A stretch of DNA of 64,000 nucleotides from Patescibacteria group bacterium (GTDB taxonomy: Bacteria; Patescibacteriota; Patescibacteriia; 2-01-FULL-39-33): positions 17,685-81,684 of the forward strand of contig JBAZKF010000001.1 of NCBI GenBank assembly GCA_041650895.1, in the 5' to 3' direction. The number at the start of each line of letters is the position of its first letter. The first letter of the stretch is position 1. Shown in pieces: positions 8,253 to 18,265 of the stretch. The notes under the pieces were generated by a model. That model did no database searches and was not told the origin of the DNA. It saw only the letters and a list, made by a program, of their open reading frames with translations. A program made the position numbers and the translations under genes.

Positions 8253-10124
8253 TTAAATTTTTTTCTTGACTCCATATAGCCACTTGTTTTGAGCCCATTT
8301 CCATTTAGCGGTCAAGAGCAGGAATTGCCGGCTGATGACAATAGCCGAGAACATGGAAACAGCGATACCCAGGGCCAGAGTAAAAGCAAAGCCGCGGATG
8401 ATACTGGAGCCGAACCAGAATAGAATAGCGCAAGTAATCAAGGAAGAGAAATTGGAATCGCGGATAGAAGTCCAGGCACGGCCAAAACCCTCATCAATCG
8501 CCTTCATTAAGTCTTTACCGGTGCGTAGCTCTTCTTTTAGGCGTTCAAAAATTAAAACGTTGGCATCCACGGCCATACCGATAGACAAAATGAAACCAGT
8601 GATACCGGCCAAAGTCATGGTTACATGAACGATTTTAAACAAAGCTAAGGAGATGGCGGTATAAATTACCAAAGCGACAACCGATAGTAAGCCGGGTAAG
8701 CGATAAAAGCCGATCATAAATAAAGCCACGGCCAGCAAGCCGATAAAACCGGCGAATAGGCTCTTTTGCACCGCTGCTTGACCTAGAGTGGCTCCGACAG
8801 TGGTTTGGGAAACTAATTTAATCGGCACAGGCAAGGCTCCGGCATTTAAGCGTTGGGCTAATTTTTTAGCTTCGTCTTGGGTAAAATTGCCTTGGATTAC
8901 GGCTTGGCCGCCTAAAATCGGTTCATTGACTTTAGGGATGGAAATCGCCGTACCGTCCAAGAAGATAGCGACCGGTTTGCCTACGTTTCTAGTGGTGATA
9001 TCAGCAAACAACTGTGCTCCCTCATTGTCAAATTCTAAAGATACCTGTGGCACTAAAGCGGTTTGATCATACTCTACGGAAGCTTTTTTTAGATTTTTTC
9101 CCGAAAGTTTGGTGTTAATCCATTCTGGTTCTTGGGCTATGCCTAAGTCAGTCGAGGTCTTGGTTTTTAGTAAAATATGGCGGACACTAACCGTACGGTT
9201 ATCCCCTGTCCCCTGATCCCCTTCCAATTTAATAATGTGATAACCAAAGGTAGTTTTGACCAAATCGGTATAAACCTCGCCAACTTTTAATTTATTGAAA
9301 GCAACATCGTCAAATTCAGTAACGAATTGTCCCTTTTTAACGCCTTCATATAACCCACCACTGTCTTTACTGCCGGGATCTTCGCTGTATTGTTTGGCTA
9401 AAGCGGAAAAATCACCGCCATTTTTTATCTGTTGTAAAACATCTACGGCTTGCTTACGCACTGTCAGATTCATGTCATCCAATTGTTTTTGTTGTTCCGG
9501 AGTCAATTGTTGCGCTTGCGGATTCTCTTCTTTGAATTCCAAAAGCGGCGTTTCGCCGATTATTTTGATGGCGGAATTAATGTCATAAACTCCGGCCAAC
9601 TCCACGCTGATGCGTGGATTATCGCCGGACATGGATGTTTGGACGACCGGTTCGGAAACACCTAAGGTATTGACACGTCGTTCAATTACATCTTTGACCC
9701 CGGCTAAAGCGTCGTTTTTGCCAGCTAGAGAGATTTGAGATAAATCGGCGTCATAAGTCAGTTGAGCACCGCCTAGAAGATCAAGGCCTAAACGGAAGGG
9801 CAGGCCGTAAGATGATAATTCGATTTGTTTGATATTGCGCCAAACCAACCGACTGCTATTATCGGAAACGTTTTTTTCCATTTTGGGAAAAACATTCAGA
9901 TTGGAGACGACGGGAATAGCTGATAGTCCGGCGTCTATCGTGTCGGCTGCTTTATTTTTGAAGCCAATAATATCAATATAGGCGGTAATCAAAAATAAAA
10001 CGGCAATACCAAAAAGCACCCAGCGGAGTCGGCCTCTTTGACCGGGTTTTAGCAGTTTTTCGAAGAAATTTTGCGGCATGTGTTTCTGTGGATAAGAGTT
10101 AAAATGATGGATAAATCTTAACAA
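8253..10124 (-). CDS. secD: protein translocase subunit SecD with an inserted parvulin-type PPIase domain
   Basis: GLDLLGG SecD motif and C-terminal 6-TM bundle; periplasmic region contains SALAKQYSEDPGSKDSGGLYEGV...FGYHIIKLE parvulin signature. Confidence 0.85.
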   Translation of the reverse strand: MLRFIHHFNSYPQKHMPQNFFEKLLKPGQRGRLRWVLFGIAVLFLITAYIDIIGFKNKAADTIDAGLSAIPVVSNLNVFPKMEKNVSDNSSRLVWRNIKQIELSSYGLPFRLGLDLLGGAQLTYDADLSQISLAGKNDALAGVKDVIERRVNTLGVSEPVVQTSMSGDNPRISVELAGVYDINSAIKIIGETPLLEFKEENPQAQQLTPEQQKQLDDMNLTVRKQAVDVLQQIKNGGDFSALAKQYSEDPGSKDSGGLYEGVKKGQFVTEFDDVAFNKLKVGEVYTDLVKTTFGYHIIKLEGDQGTGDNRTVSVRHILLKTKTSTDLGIAQEPEWINTKLSGKNLKKASVEYDQTALVPQVSLEFDNEGAQLFADITTRNVGKPVAIFLDGTAISIPKVNEPILGGQAVIQGNFTQDEAKKLAQRLNAGALPVPIKLVSQTTVGATLGQAAVQKSLFAGFIGLLAVALFMIGFYRLPGLLSVVALVIYTAISLALFKIVHVTMTLAGITGFILSIGMAVDANVLIFERLKEELRTGKDLMKAIDEGFGRAWTSIRDSNFSSLITCAILFWFGSSIIRGFAFTLALGIAVSMFSAIVISRQFLLLTAKWKWAQNKWLYGVKKKI

Positions 10125-10196
10125 AATTGAGAAAAAAAGGCAAGAACAGGTTAGAGACTCGCCTTTTAAGCTATTGTATATTCAACTGGTTGCCGA

Positions 10197-11195
10197 TTAA
10201 ATGGCCATAGCCATTTCCACTAAACGATTGGAGTAACCCCATTCGTTATCATACCAAGCCAGAATTTTGACTAGATTGCCGTCAACAACTCGGGTATACT
10301 TTAAATCCACAATGGCTGATTCGGTGGTGCCGATAATATCGGAAGAAACTAACTCGTCATCGCCGTCGGCAATAGCCAGAATGTTTTTGTATAGAGGGTG
10401 TGAAGACATTTTGCGGAAAGTATCATTAATCTCTTCAATGGTAACGTTTTTTTTGAGGACGGCTGTGATATCTGATAGCGAACCGCAGATAACCGGTACA
10501 CGGATGGAAATGCCGTCAAATTTGTCCTTGAGTGTCGGGATAACTAAGGTTGTCGCTTTGGCAGCGCCGGTAGATGAAGGCGCCATATTGGCAGCGCCGG
10601 CTCGGCCGCGCCTTAAATCCTTGGCATCAGGTCCATCAACTAGGCGTTGGCTGGCAGTATAGGCATGGACTGTAGTCATAATTGATTTAATGACACCAAA
10701 CTTTGATTCCAAAATTTGCATCACTGGAGCAATACAGTTAGTAGTGCAGGAAGCATTGGAGATTATTTTGTCTTGGCCGATCTTTTTTTTCGTTAATTCG
10801 GTGCCGAATACCAGAGTCGTTACTTCATCCTTGGCCGGCGCGGACAGGATGACTTTTTTGGCTCCGGCTAAGGTGTGTTTTTTTAGGTCTTCAGCTTTTT
10901 CAAAGACACCGGTGCATTCCAAGACTGCGTCAACCTTGTATTTTTTCCAAGGTAGTCTAGCTGGATCTTTCTCAGCAAAAACCGGTATTTTTTTACCGTC
11001 GACAATAATATTTTGCTTGTCGTAGGTGACTTTTTTACCGTACCGGCCGTAAACCGTATCATGCTTGAGCATGTAAGCTAAAGTTCGGGTATCGGTCAGA
11101 TCGTTGATGGCGACAATTTGCACCCCTCTCTTTTCCAGAGCTATTTTAAAGGCACAGCGGCCGATACGGCCAAAGCCGTTAATGGCTATTCTCAT
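10197..11195 (-). CDS. gap: glyceraldehyde-3-phosphate dehydrogenase
   Basis: MRIAINGFGRIGR NAD-binding motif and ASCTTNCIAP catalytic Cys motif. Confidence 0.9.
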   Translation of the reverse strand: MRIAINGFGRIGRCAFKIALEKRGVQIVAINDLTDTRTLAYMLKHDTVYGRYGKKVTYDKQNIIVDGKKIPVFAEKDPARLPWKKYKVDAVLECTGVFEKAEDLKKHTLAGAKKVILSAPAKDEVTTLVFGTELTKKKIGQDKIISNASCTTNCIAPVMQILESKFGVIKSIMTTVHAYTASQRLVDGPDAKDLRRGRAGAANMAPSSTGAAKATTLVIPTLKDKFDGISIRVPVICGSLSDITAVLKKNVTIEEINDTFRKMSSHPLYKNILAIADGDDELVSSDIIGTTESAIVDLKYTRVVDGNLVKILAWYDNEWGYSNRLVEMAMAI

Positions 11196-11347
11196 AGATT
11201 TGTATTAGTTAGCTTGATTTGTTGGTATTATAGCATAAAAATAAGAAATCAGGAAAATAATAGGCCGAGGAGATTATGGCGGAAGAAACAAAAAAAACCG
11301 CCAAGCGCATAGAGCGCGAGGCGGTGGTAAGGTGCGTGCATTCTCAG

Positions 11348-11560
11348 CTATTCATCGGGCGGTTTTATTTCTGATTCTAATCTTTGCAGTTCTTGCTGTA
11401 ATTGCTGGATTATTAGCTGATCTTTGTTAATCAGGCTTTTTAGACGTTGACGGAATCTCAGCGTAATCGGTTCATTCAATAGTTCTTCCCATTGACGATT
11501 AGCTAAAGTTAATTGCGCCAGCGTTTTTCTTATTTGTTTGATGCGGCGCTTGACACACAT
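11348..11560 (-). CDS. hypothetical coiled-coil protein
   Basis: 70-aa ORF rich in Q/L/E heptads. Confidence 0.3.
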   Translation of the reverse strand: MCVKRRIKQIRKTLAQLTLANRQWEELLNEPITLRFRQRLKSLINKDQLIIQQLQQELQRLESEIKPPDE

Positions 11561-11575
11561 ACCAGTCCCCCTGTC

Positions 11576-11824
11576 TTAGGCGGACGGTTCAGTGGCCGAG
11601 GCGTTATTGCCGTCGCGTAGCAGTTTTCGTGTTTCGATTAACACTCGATAGCATAAATCTAAACTAGTCTCATAGGTTATTTTTACTCCCGGTTTTATTA
11701 CCATCGGTAGAGCGACGGAACAGGTTCCGGGAAATTCTTTCGACATTTCATCCATTAACCCAATTATCTGTCGGATTTTTTTCTTTATTTGTTTTTGTTT
11801 CGGTGATTTGGGAACGGTACCCAT
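11576..11824 (-). CDS. hypothetical protein
   Basis: 82-aa ORF 15 nt upstream of the previous one. Confidence 0.35.
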   Translation of the reverse strand: MGTVPKSPKQKQIKKKIRQIIGLMDEMSKEFPGTCSVALPMVIKPGVKITYETSLDLCYRVLIETRKLLRDGNNASATEPSA

Positions 11825-12011
11825 GACGCTTTCTCCTTTTTGGTTGCCGACATTGAATTAATCTATGGTTTTAAAAGCCAAACTTTGTTATTTTGTTGTA
11901 ATGTCCTTATTGGTGCCGACCTGAATGGAATGAAAAATTTAGTTTAATCTTAAATTTTTCACTTTATCCAGATCAACAATGGAAAGCGGAAGCCAGTTAT
12001 GATGGCGCAGG

Positions 12012-12815
12012 TTAATCCTTAGTTATTGGAATTTCTACAACTACTGCTTTATTTTGATCTCGTTCCTTATCCAGCTCCACATCAACGCTACAACGCAGGA
12101 CGTGCCAGCCGACGACTACGCCGCGGCCGTGTTTGGTTTTAACTTTAGTGCCTAAGGCCGGTAACTTTGCTATCAGATCTTGATAGTAGGATTCTTCGTA
12201 AGCCAGACAGCATTTGAGGCGGCCACAAATGCCGGACAAGCGTTCGGCTCCGCGATGCACTATTTGCTGGTCTTCGGCGAAATCTGAAGACACGTTGCCG
12301 AGTTTTTTCAGATGACCGCGACAACATTGTCCAAGTCCGCAAGAGCCGACATCGCCCACCAACTTGGCTTCATCTCTGACGCCGATTTGTTGTAAACGTA
12401 TTACGCGATTAAAAGTTCGGCTTAATTCTTTGACTAGTTCACGGAAATCAATACGGCCGTCAGCGATGAATGCAAAAGATAATCTTTGGCCGTCAATAGA
12501 AAAATGAGCATCAACGATTTTCATTTCCAGCCCGTAGCGTTTAACCGCCTCTCGGCAATCCCGAATCACTTCGTTTTTATTTTGGCGGTTTTTTTCCAAC
12601 GCTTCCCAATCGTCGGCCTTGGCTAATCGCTCAACGTTATTGGCGATGGCTTTAGCCTCTTCCTCTCCCGCTTCTTTGAGTTCTGTGATCTTTCCCGCTT
12701 CTTCGCCATATTCGGTATTGATAACGGCAAAATCACCGATAGACAAAGTCAGGCCGCCAGTATTGGCGGCACTGAGCTTTTCCCATTGGTTTATTTCAAC
12801 TGTGGCGATGATCAT
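12012..12815 (-). CDS. ricT: PSP1 C-terminal domain protein RicT (YaaT-like)
   Basis: DGRIDFRELVKELSRTFNRVIRLQQIGVRDEAK plus CGLGQCC...GICGRLKCCLAYE Cys motifs, matching YaaT. Confidence 0.8.
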   Translation of the reverse strand: MIIATVEINQWEKLSAANTGGLTLSIGDFAVINTEYGEEAGKITELKEAGEEEAKAIANNVERLAKADDWEALEKNRQNKNEVIRDCREAVKRYGLEMKIVDAHFSIDGQRLSFAFIADGRIDFRELVKELSRTFNRVIRLQQIGVRDEAKLVGDVGSCGLGQCCRGHLKKLGNVSSDFAEDQQIVHRGAERLSGICGRLKCCLAYEESYYQDLIAKLPALGTKVKTKHGRGVVVGWHVLRCSVDVELDKERDQNKAVVVEIPITKD

Positions 12816-12833
12816 ATTTACTGATAGGCGGTA

Positions 12834-13622
12834 TTAACAGCTGGACGTGCCTTCCAAAATGTATTTGGCCCAGTTGGATATTTTGGCTTCACCCAGAAGA
12901 TCTTTGATTTTTTTGCTGTCGTCCTTAATGAAGATTTGATTAAGCAGGCAGTTTTCTTCGTAAAATTTATTGAGTTTGCCTTCAATAATCTTATCCCAGA
13001 TTTGTTCCGGTTTGTTTTCGCTTTTGAGCTGTTCGCGATAGATTTCTTTTTCTTTTTCAATTACGGCAGCATCAACGGCAGACGGTTCCAGCCAGCGCGG
13101 GCTCATAGCCACTATTTGCATGGCAATGTCATTAGCTAATGTTTCATTGCCACCGGTTAAAACGCAGATGCCGGCCACTTTGAGGTTGGCATGGATATAG
13201 CGCCCCACGACTTCGCCTTCATAAATCCCGAAACCGGAAAGTTGCATATTCTCCCCTACTTTCATCACTAATTCCTTAAGCTGATTTTCTGCCCAAATTT
13301 TAAATTCCTCGGGTTGAGAAACTAAAAGTTTATCCGCAAAGGATTGAACGGTATTGCGGAAATCTTCCGTACGCGATACGAAATCCGTTTCGCAAGCCAA
13401 GCCCACGATAGCGGTTTTCTTGCTGTCGCCGGAAACGGCGATAACGCCTTCTTTGACAGCGCGGTCGGCTTTTTTGGCGGCCTTGATTTCGCCTTTCTTG
13501 CGCATGATTTCGACTGCTTGATCCAGATTGCCCCTCGCTTCTTCTAAGGCAGTTTTGCAATCGCTTAAACCGGCGCCGGTTTTTTCGCGCAGTTGGGAAA
13601 TGAGCTTAACATCAATGGACAT
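12834..13622 (-). CDS. tsf: elongation factor Ts
   Basis: MSIDVKLISQLREKTGAGLSDCKTALEEARGNLDQAVEIMRKKG UBA-like N-terminus. Confidence 0.9.
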   Translation of the reverse strand: MSIDVKLISQLREKTGAGLSDCKTALEEARGNLDQAVEIMRKKGEIKAAKKADRAVKEGVIAVSGDSKKTAIVGLACETDFVSRTEDFRNTVQSFADKLLVSQPEEFKIWAENQLKELVMKVGENMQLSGFGIYEGEVVGRYIHANLKVAGICVLTGGNETLANDIAMQIVAMSPRWLEPSAVDAAVIEKEKEIYREQLKSENKPEQIWDKIIEGKLNKFYEENCLLNQIFIKDDSKKIKDLLGEAKISNWAKYILEGTSSC

Positions 13623-13708
13623 ATGATAGAAAATTAAAATTTTATAAAGTCAAAGCCATAAGATCAATAATGATTTTGTTCATTACTTTACAGGCTTTGG
13701 ATTACGGA

Positions 13709-14410
13709 TTATACTGTTTCCTTTTTTTGTTTCACCTTGCCAAAATTAATGGCCTCGGCGATAACGCGAGTGATCAGATCAACTGAGTTAAGGGCGTCAT
13801 CGTTGGCCGGAATGGGATAGGTGAATAAATCAGGATTGATGTTAGTGTCGCACGGCCCGATAATCGGAATTTTTCTTTTTTTTGCTTCTAAAACGGCGGT
13901 TTTTTCCCGTTTGGCATCAAGAACAAAGACGGCGTCGGGCAAACGATTCAAGCTTTCCAGTCCACCGACCATCTTATCTAAGCGTTCAATCTCTTTACTG
14001 ATCATTACTTGCTCTTTTTTGGTGTATTTTGCCAAGGCGCCGGAATCACGTTGTTCTTTCAATGAGCGGTATTTTTTTATCAGTTTTCCGACATTGACGA
14101 AATTAGTGAATAGTCCGCCGACCCAGCGTTCTTTAATGTAAGGCATGCCGGCCTGTTTGGCATACTTTTCAATCAACGGTTTGGCTTGGCTTTTGGTGCC
14201 AACAAAAAGAATATTGCCGCCGTTAGCGCCGATTTTCTCGGCAAACTCGGCTGCCTCTTTAAGTTTGGCCAGAGTTTGTTCCAAATCAATGATATGGACC
14301 CCGTTGCGTTCGGCAAAGATGAATGGTTTCATCTTGGGATGCCAGCGGCCTTTTTGATGGCCGAAGTGGACTCCTGCCTGGAGGAGTTCCATTAATGTTG
14401 GTAAATTCAT
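13709..14410 (-). CDS. rpsB: 30S ribosomal protein S2
   Basis: GVHFGHQKGRWHPKMKPFIF and VLFVGTK motifs; rpsB-tsf order. Confidence 0.9.
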   Translation of the reverse strand: MNLPTLMELLQAGVHFGHQKGRWHPKMKPFIFAERNGVHIIDLEQTLAKLKEAAEFAEKIGANGGNILFVGTKSQAKPLIEKYAKQAGMPYIKERWVGGLFTNFVNVGKLIKKYRSLKEQRDSGALAKYTKKEQVMISKEIERLDKMVGGLESLNRLPDAVFVLDAKREKTAVLEAKKRKIPIIGPCDTNINPDLFTYPIPANDDALNSVDLITRVIAEAINFGKVKQKKETV

Positions 14411-14584
14411 AGTTTTCCTTTCTTTCTTTGCAGTCCCTAATCCGCGGGTTGGCCGCAGATTGGCCCGATTTTAGTTGATTTTATATTACGGGCAAGGATT
14501 GATTCGGGGCTGCTGTTTATTAATAAAATGTATTAAAAGATTATCATAAATCAACGGATAAGTCAAATCTTGATCTGCTGGAAA

Positions 14585-14609
14585 TAAAAACCACCCCCGG
14601 AGGGAGTGG
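14585..14609 (-). terminator. intrinsic terminator
   Basis: GC-rich hairpin CCACCCCCGGAGGGAGTGG followed on the minus strand by TTTTTATTT. Confidence 0.4.
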
Positions 14610-14641
14610 TGTAAAATGAGCTATTTTGGCTTTAGCCGTCG

Positions 14642-15958
14642 TTACTTTTTCGGCCAGGACCTGTCAGCCGGCCATTCGGCGATGGAAACAGTATCAATCT
14701 TAGCGCCAGTTTCAGTCAAGTAAAGTTGAGTATTTGAGGTAATGGCGTCAATGATATACCCTCTGTATCGCGCCGATTCTTCGGATATATTGGTCATAAT
14801 ACTACCGGCGCTGTCTATTGCCGGATCGGCGAGATTTGACCATACCGTCTCTACCGGCAGACATTCTGCCAATACCTGCATTGCCTCATTTTCGACAATG
14901 CCGGTAATATACTCTTCAAGAGCTTCTTGATGGCCGAAGGCTTGGAGATTTTTCAGATAACTCTCATCACTGAGCAGAGTGTAGCCAACGGTTAATCGTA
15001 GTTTATTTTTCCCGATTTGGGGTACTTCAACTGCGATGCCGTTTCTGGCGGCGGCTATGCCCGGAGCGTATTTCTTGGTAAATAGATTTATCCATGATCC
15101 GTTATAAACTAACAGTTTATCATTATTATTGGTGGCAAAACGGGCGCAGAATTCTCCATTAGATCGATTAACAAGAACAACCGGGTTGAGCCGATTGGCT
15201 AAAGTGTAAGTCGGGACCTTAAACACCATAAAGGCGGATATAATAAGGGCCGTAATAAAAAATGTCTTAATCGATTTTCTTCTAATACCTGCTTCCTCTA
15301 TTGCTAAACTCAATAACATCGCCGGGAATAAGACCGTAAGAATGATGAATAGTAAACTAAGAGTAGTATCTGCCAGAAAAATATTGAACAATATGCACAG
15401 GTAGATTGTCAGGCCGATAACGGCAATAATTGTGACTATGGGGATTATCAATTCTATAATAAAATCCATGACGTCCGGACCGAATTCATTCCACCAGTTC
15501 TTTGTTCCTTTGGTTGCTTGGGTAAAGCCATAAAATAGCCAGCCTAGAATCAGACCGAATGGACTGATGGTTCTCTTTAACATTCGCACTGCCTTATTGG
15601 GCGGTTTTAGCAAGGCTTTGGCTTGCGACAGACTGACAATTCGATTGGACGTCAATGAAGCGATCAATCTCCTGTATTGCGAGTTCAAAGAAGGTAAGAG
15701 TTCGGGTTGCCATTCCATTCCCGTGGCTAAATGAAATAATGTTAGACCTAATTGATGGAAGGCTTCGCGTACATCCTTGACCGAATTTGTCTGGCCGTAA
15801 CCAACTTTATTATTATGGTTGATGAAAATATTTCCTGGTTCGTACCTTACTAATTCTTTTCCTTCTTTCAGACGCTCTTCCATATCTTCCAGCAGTCCCG
15901 ACGCAATAGTATACAGCAGGTCATCGTTTAACTTGACTTCGAAACTTTTCTTCCTCAT
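14642..15958 (-). CDS. membrane protein with N-terminal kinase C-lobe-like (pseudokinase) remnant; paralog of the downstream gene
   Basis: GNIFINHNNKVGYG and LGLTLFHLATG resemble kinase subdomains VIb/IX; 2 TM helices; C-terminal extracytoplasmic domain; AAGGAG before the ATG at 15958 (ORF track begins at 16063). Confidence 0.55.
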   Translation of the reverse strand: MRKKSFEVKLNDDLLYTIASGLLEDMEERLKEGKELVRYEPGNIFINHNNKVGYGQTNSVKDVREAFHQLGLTLFHLATGMEWQPELLPSLNSQYRRLIASLTSNRIVSLSQAKALLKPPNKAVRMLKRTISPFGLILGWLFYGFTQATKGTKNWWNEFGPDVMDFIIELIIPIVTIIAVIGLTIYLCILFNIFLADTTLSLLFIILTVLFPAMLLSLAIEEAGIRRKSIKTFFITALIISAFMVFKVPTYTLANRLNPVVLVNRSNGEFCARFATNNNDKLLVYNGSWINLFTKKYAPGIAAARNGIAVEVPQIGKNKLRLTVGYTLLSDESYLKNLQAFGHQEALEEYITGIVENEAMQVLAECLPVETVWSNLADPAIDSAGSIMTNISEESARYRGYIIDAITSNTQLYLTETGAKIDTVSIAEWPADRSWPKK

Positions 15959-16137
15959 CGTGCCGTTCTCCTTCATGGTTATGGCAACAATTGTTCCGGT
16001 TAAAGTTTGAGACCAAAATTGTAAGGTGCTTGTTATCCATATAACAATACGGTAACTTAGCATAATACCACAAAAATGTCAAATAACATAAATAAAAAAG
16101 CCGCTTTCCAGAGAAAAGCGGCGCTGAATGAACTGTA

Positions 16138-17697
16138 TTATTTGGCTTCCTGCTCGGCCATGACTTTGGCCGGCGGGTTGCACGGTGAAGCGGATGAATC
16201 GGCCTGCGTTTGTTTTGCGGCCATCTCTCCTGGCCCCCTTGGCTCCTTGATCTCAAGATAATTGTATTGATCCTGGAATTGTTCGCGCAGTTGGTTTTGG
16301 ATATTATCCATAATTCCCCGGCGTTTATTGTTTATTGCTTTTTGCCGGCGCGACAGGAGTTCGTTTCTGACTAAATTAACAGTGACATCGCGTATGACTT
16401 GGTAATCAACTTCTGACAGTGTGCCGTCCGCGCCTTTGGCTTCTACGGTTATGCCGCTAAGTTCTTGATCAATTACCTCAAGCGGTTTAACGGCGCCGCT
16501 TTCGGTTATGGCCTTTTTAGCCGCGGTTTGGCCGGCGTTAATAAGCTCTTGTTCCAGATCGGCTTGCGTCTGCTTATTTTTCATCATCCGCTTCCAGTCG
16601 CTTTCAAATGTCGCCTGGTCTGTTATGGCATACTTGATCCAGAAGCAGAACTTTTCTCCGTTTTTATCATTGTCCAGCGGCACCTCAACTGGGATGCCCT
16701 CGCGTTGGATGATTATGCCCGGCGCATAGCTTCTGGTGAACAAATTGACATACGCGTTTTCGTAATGCGGGATGTAATGTTTGTCTCCGCTATCGGCGAT
16801 ACGGCCGATTAAATTGCCGTTGGAACGATCAATTACCACTAAGGGAGGACAAAAGCCAGCCGTTGGAGTCTCAAAGACTTCATAAATTGAAAGCGAGGTG
16901 ATTAAGATCAAAAAGACAAAAAATCCCCTGGAGATGCAGTCATCCTCTGTCATGTTGGTAAGCATAGCGCACATTAAGGATACTGTGGCTCCTAGTATAA
17001 AGGAGGCAACTATAATTAGAAGGCCACAAAACCAAGCCAGACTAAAGCTGAAATAAGCAATATTGACAACAGCCAAGCAAATAAATGAAGCAACAGCAAT
17101 AACAATCAGCGTTATGTAGATAATAAGCGAAAACTTACGCTTTATAAGTTTCAATAATTTCAATAGTTTGGTTGCCGTTTTTTTTGTTTGCGGATAAACA
17201 TCGCCGGCCTTAGTCATTAGCCATTTGAAAGTCAAAACCACCCCCTGGCCAGCTAAAGCAATCAGCCAAAGCATAGCCATTATTATCGGCTTCAAAGCGC
17301 CATTGGCGAGACGTTTTATAGCCGGCGGCGGTTTGAGCATGGCTTCCACTTGGGGCAAGCTGGCCGCCGATTGCGATAACAGCAACCTAAGGAGGGGCCA
17401 CATTTTTGATTTGAACGGCTCATAAACAAAACCGCCTTCATTATAAGATGATCGGCCGGTGGCTAAGTGGTAAAGGGTAACACCTAAGGCGTAGAGCCCG
17501 TCACAAACATTGTTGGCCGTTTTGATTTTAGCCGATTGCTCACAGCGGACCCGACCCTTGTTGTCAATAAAAATATCTCGCGGGTCGTAGATGATATAAG
17601 TGCCATTTTCCGCCTGCTCCTGGAATTGCTGGAAGATGAAGCGAGCGACTTTGCCCAAGTCATCATCAAGCATTAACCGATTCGATACTTTTTGCAT
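16138..17697 (-). CDS. membrane protein with kinase C-lobe-like remnant (tandem paralog)
   Basis: YDPRDIFIDNKGRV, LGVTLYHLATG; shares the C-terminal motif NLFTxxYAPGI...G(I)xVEVP with the 14642 gene. Confidence 0.55.
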   Translation of the reverse strand: MQKVSNRLMLDDDLGKVARFIFQQFQEQAENGTYIIYDPRDIFIDNKGRVRCEQSAKIKTANNVCDGLYALGVTLYHLATGRSSYNEGGFVYEPFKSKMWPLLRLLLSQSAASLPQVEAMLKPPPAIKRLANGALKPIIMAMLWLIALAGQGVVLTFKWLMTKAGDVYPQTKKTATKLLKLLKLIKRKFSLIIYITLIVIAVASFICLAVVNIAYFSFSLAWFCGLLIIVASFILGATVSLMCAMLTNMTEDDCISRGFFVFLILITSLSIYEVFETPTAGFCPPLVVIDRSNGNLIGRIADSGDKHYIPHYENAYVNLFTRSYAPGIIIQREGIPVEVPLDNDKNGEKFCFWIKYAITDQATFESDWKRMMKNKQTQADLEQELINAGQTAAKKAITESGAVKPLEVIDQELSGITVEAKGADGTLSEVDYQVIRDVTVNLVRNELLSRRQKAINNKRRGIMDNIQNQLREQFQDQYNYLEIKEPRGPGEMAAKQTQADSSASPCNPPAKVMAEQEAK

Positions 17698-17824
17698 GAT
17701 TTCTCCTTTGGCTGTTCGGCCGGTTGTTTGTCTATAGACTTAATATCTTTTTAAATTTTAAGGTGCCAATCCGACTATGCCGGAATAGAGAATCTTAGCA
17801 TATTTTAGATAAAATGTCAATCTA

Positions 17825-17853
17825 TTGACATTTTGGCTAAAATCAGATATAAT
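17825..17853 (+). promoter_or_regulatory. consensus sigma70 promoter for rpmE, with -35 inside a 24-bp palindrome
   Basis: TTGACA-N17-TATAAT; palindrome AAATGTCAA-tcta-TTGACATTT at 17811-17834. Confidence 0.45.
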
Positions 17854-17886
17854 TAGCCATATTATCAATTAACGTATTAAGCGTTT

Positions 17887-18189
17887 ATGAAAAAAGAAGT
17901 CCACCCTCAGTATTATCCTCAAGCCAAGGTCATCTGCGCCTGCGGCAATGTTTTTGGTGTCGGGTCCACCCAAGAAGAGATTCATGTTGAAATCTGCTCT
18001 GCTTGCCATCCGTTTTATACCGGTAAACAGAAGTTATTGGATACGGCGCGCCGTGTTGACAAGTTCGTCAAGCGCGTTGAAGCTAAGGCTGTTAAAGTCG
18101 GCGGCAAGAAGGTTAAGAAAGAAAAACAAAAAGCCATCAAAGCCGCTAAGAAAGCCGACCAAGAAGGAGTCAAAATCATCAAAAAATAA
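17887..18189 (+). CDS. rpmE: 50S ribosomal protein L31 (Zn-ribbon form) with Lys-rich C-terminal extension
   Basis: [14 protein letters not shown]...[10 protein letters not shown] four-Cys ribbon; about 35 extra K/A-rich residues. Confidence 0.85.
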   Translation: MKKEVHPQYYPQAKVICACGNVFGVGSTQEEIHVEICSACHPFYTGKQKLLDTARRVDKFVKRVEAKAVKVGGKKVKKEKQKAIKAAKKADQEGVKIIKK

Positions 18190-18265
18190 CTGCGATAGAT
18201 AAAAGGATCCCCAGCGCCTTAGCGGTGGCGGATTCTTTTTATTTAAGGTATAATGTAAGAGAAAT

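Noticed and set aside
11239-11337. 32-aa ORF MAEETKKTAKRIEREAVVRCVHSQLFIGRFYF with a GAGGAG Shine-Dalgarno downstream of gap
   Set aside because: Overlaps the 3' end of the convergent 70-aa gene and has no supporting features beyond the Shine-Dalgarno; too weak to call.
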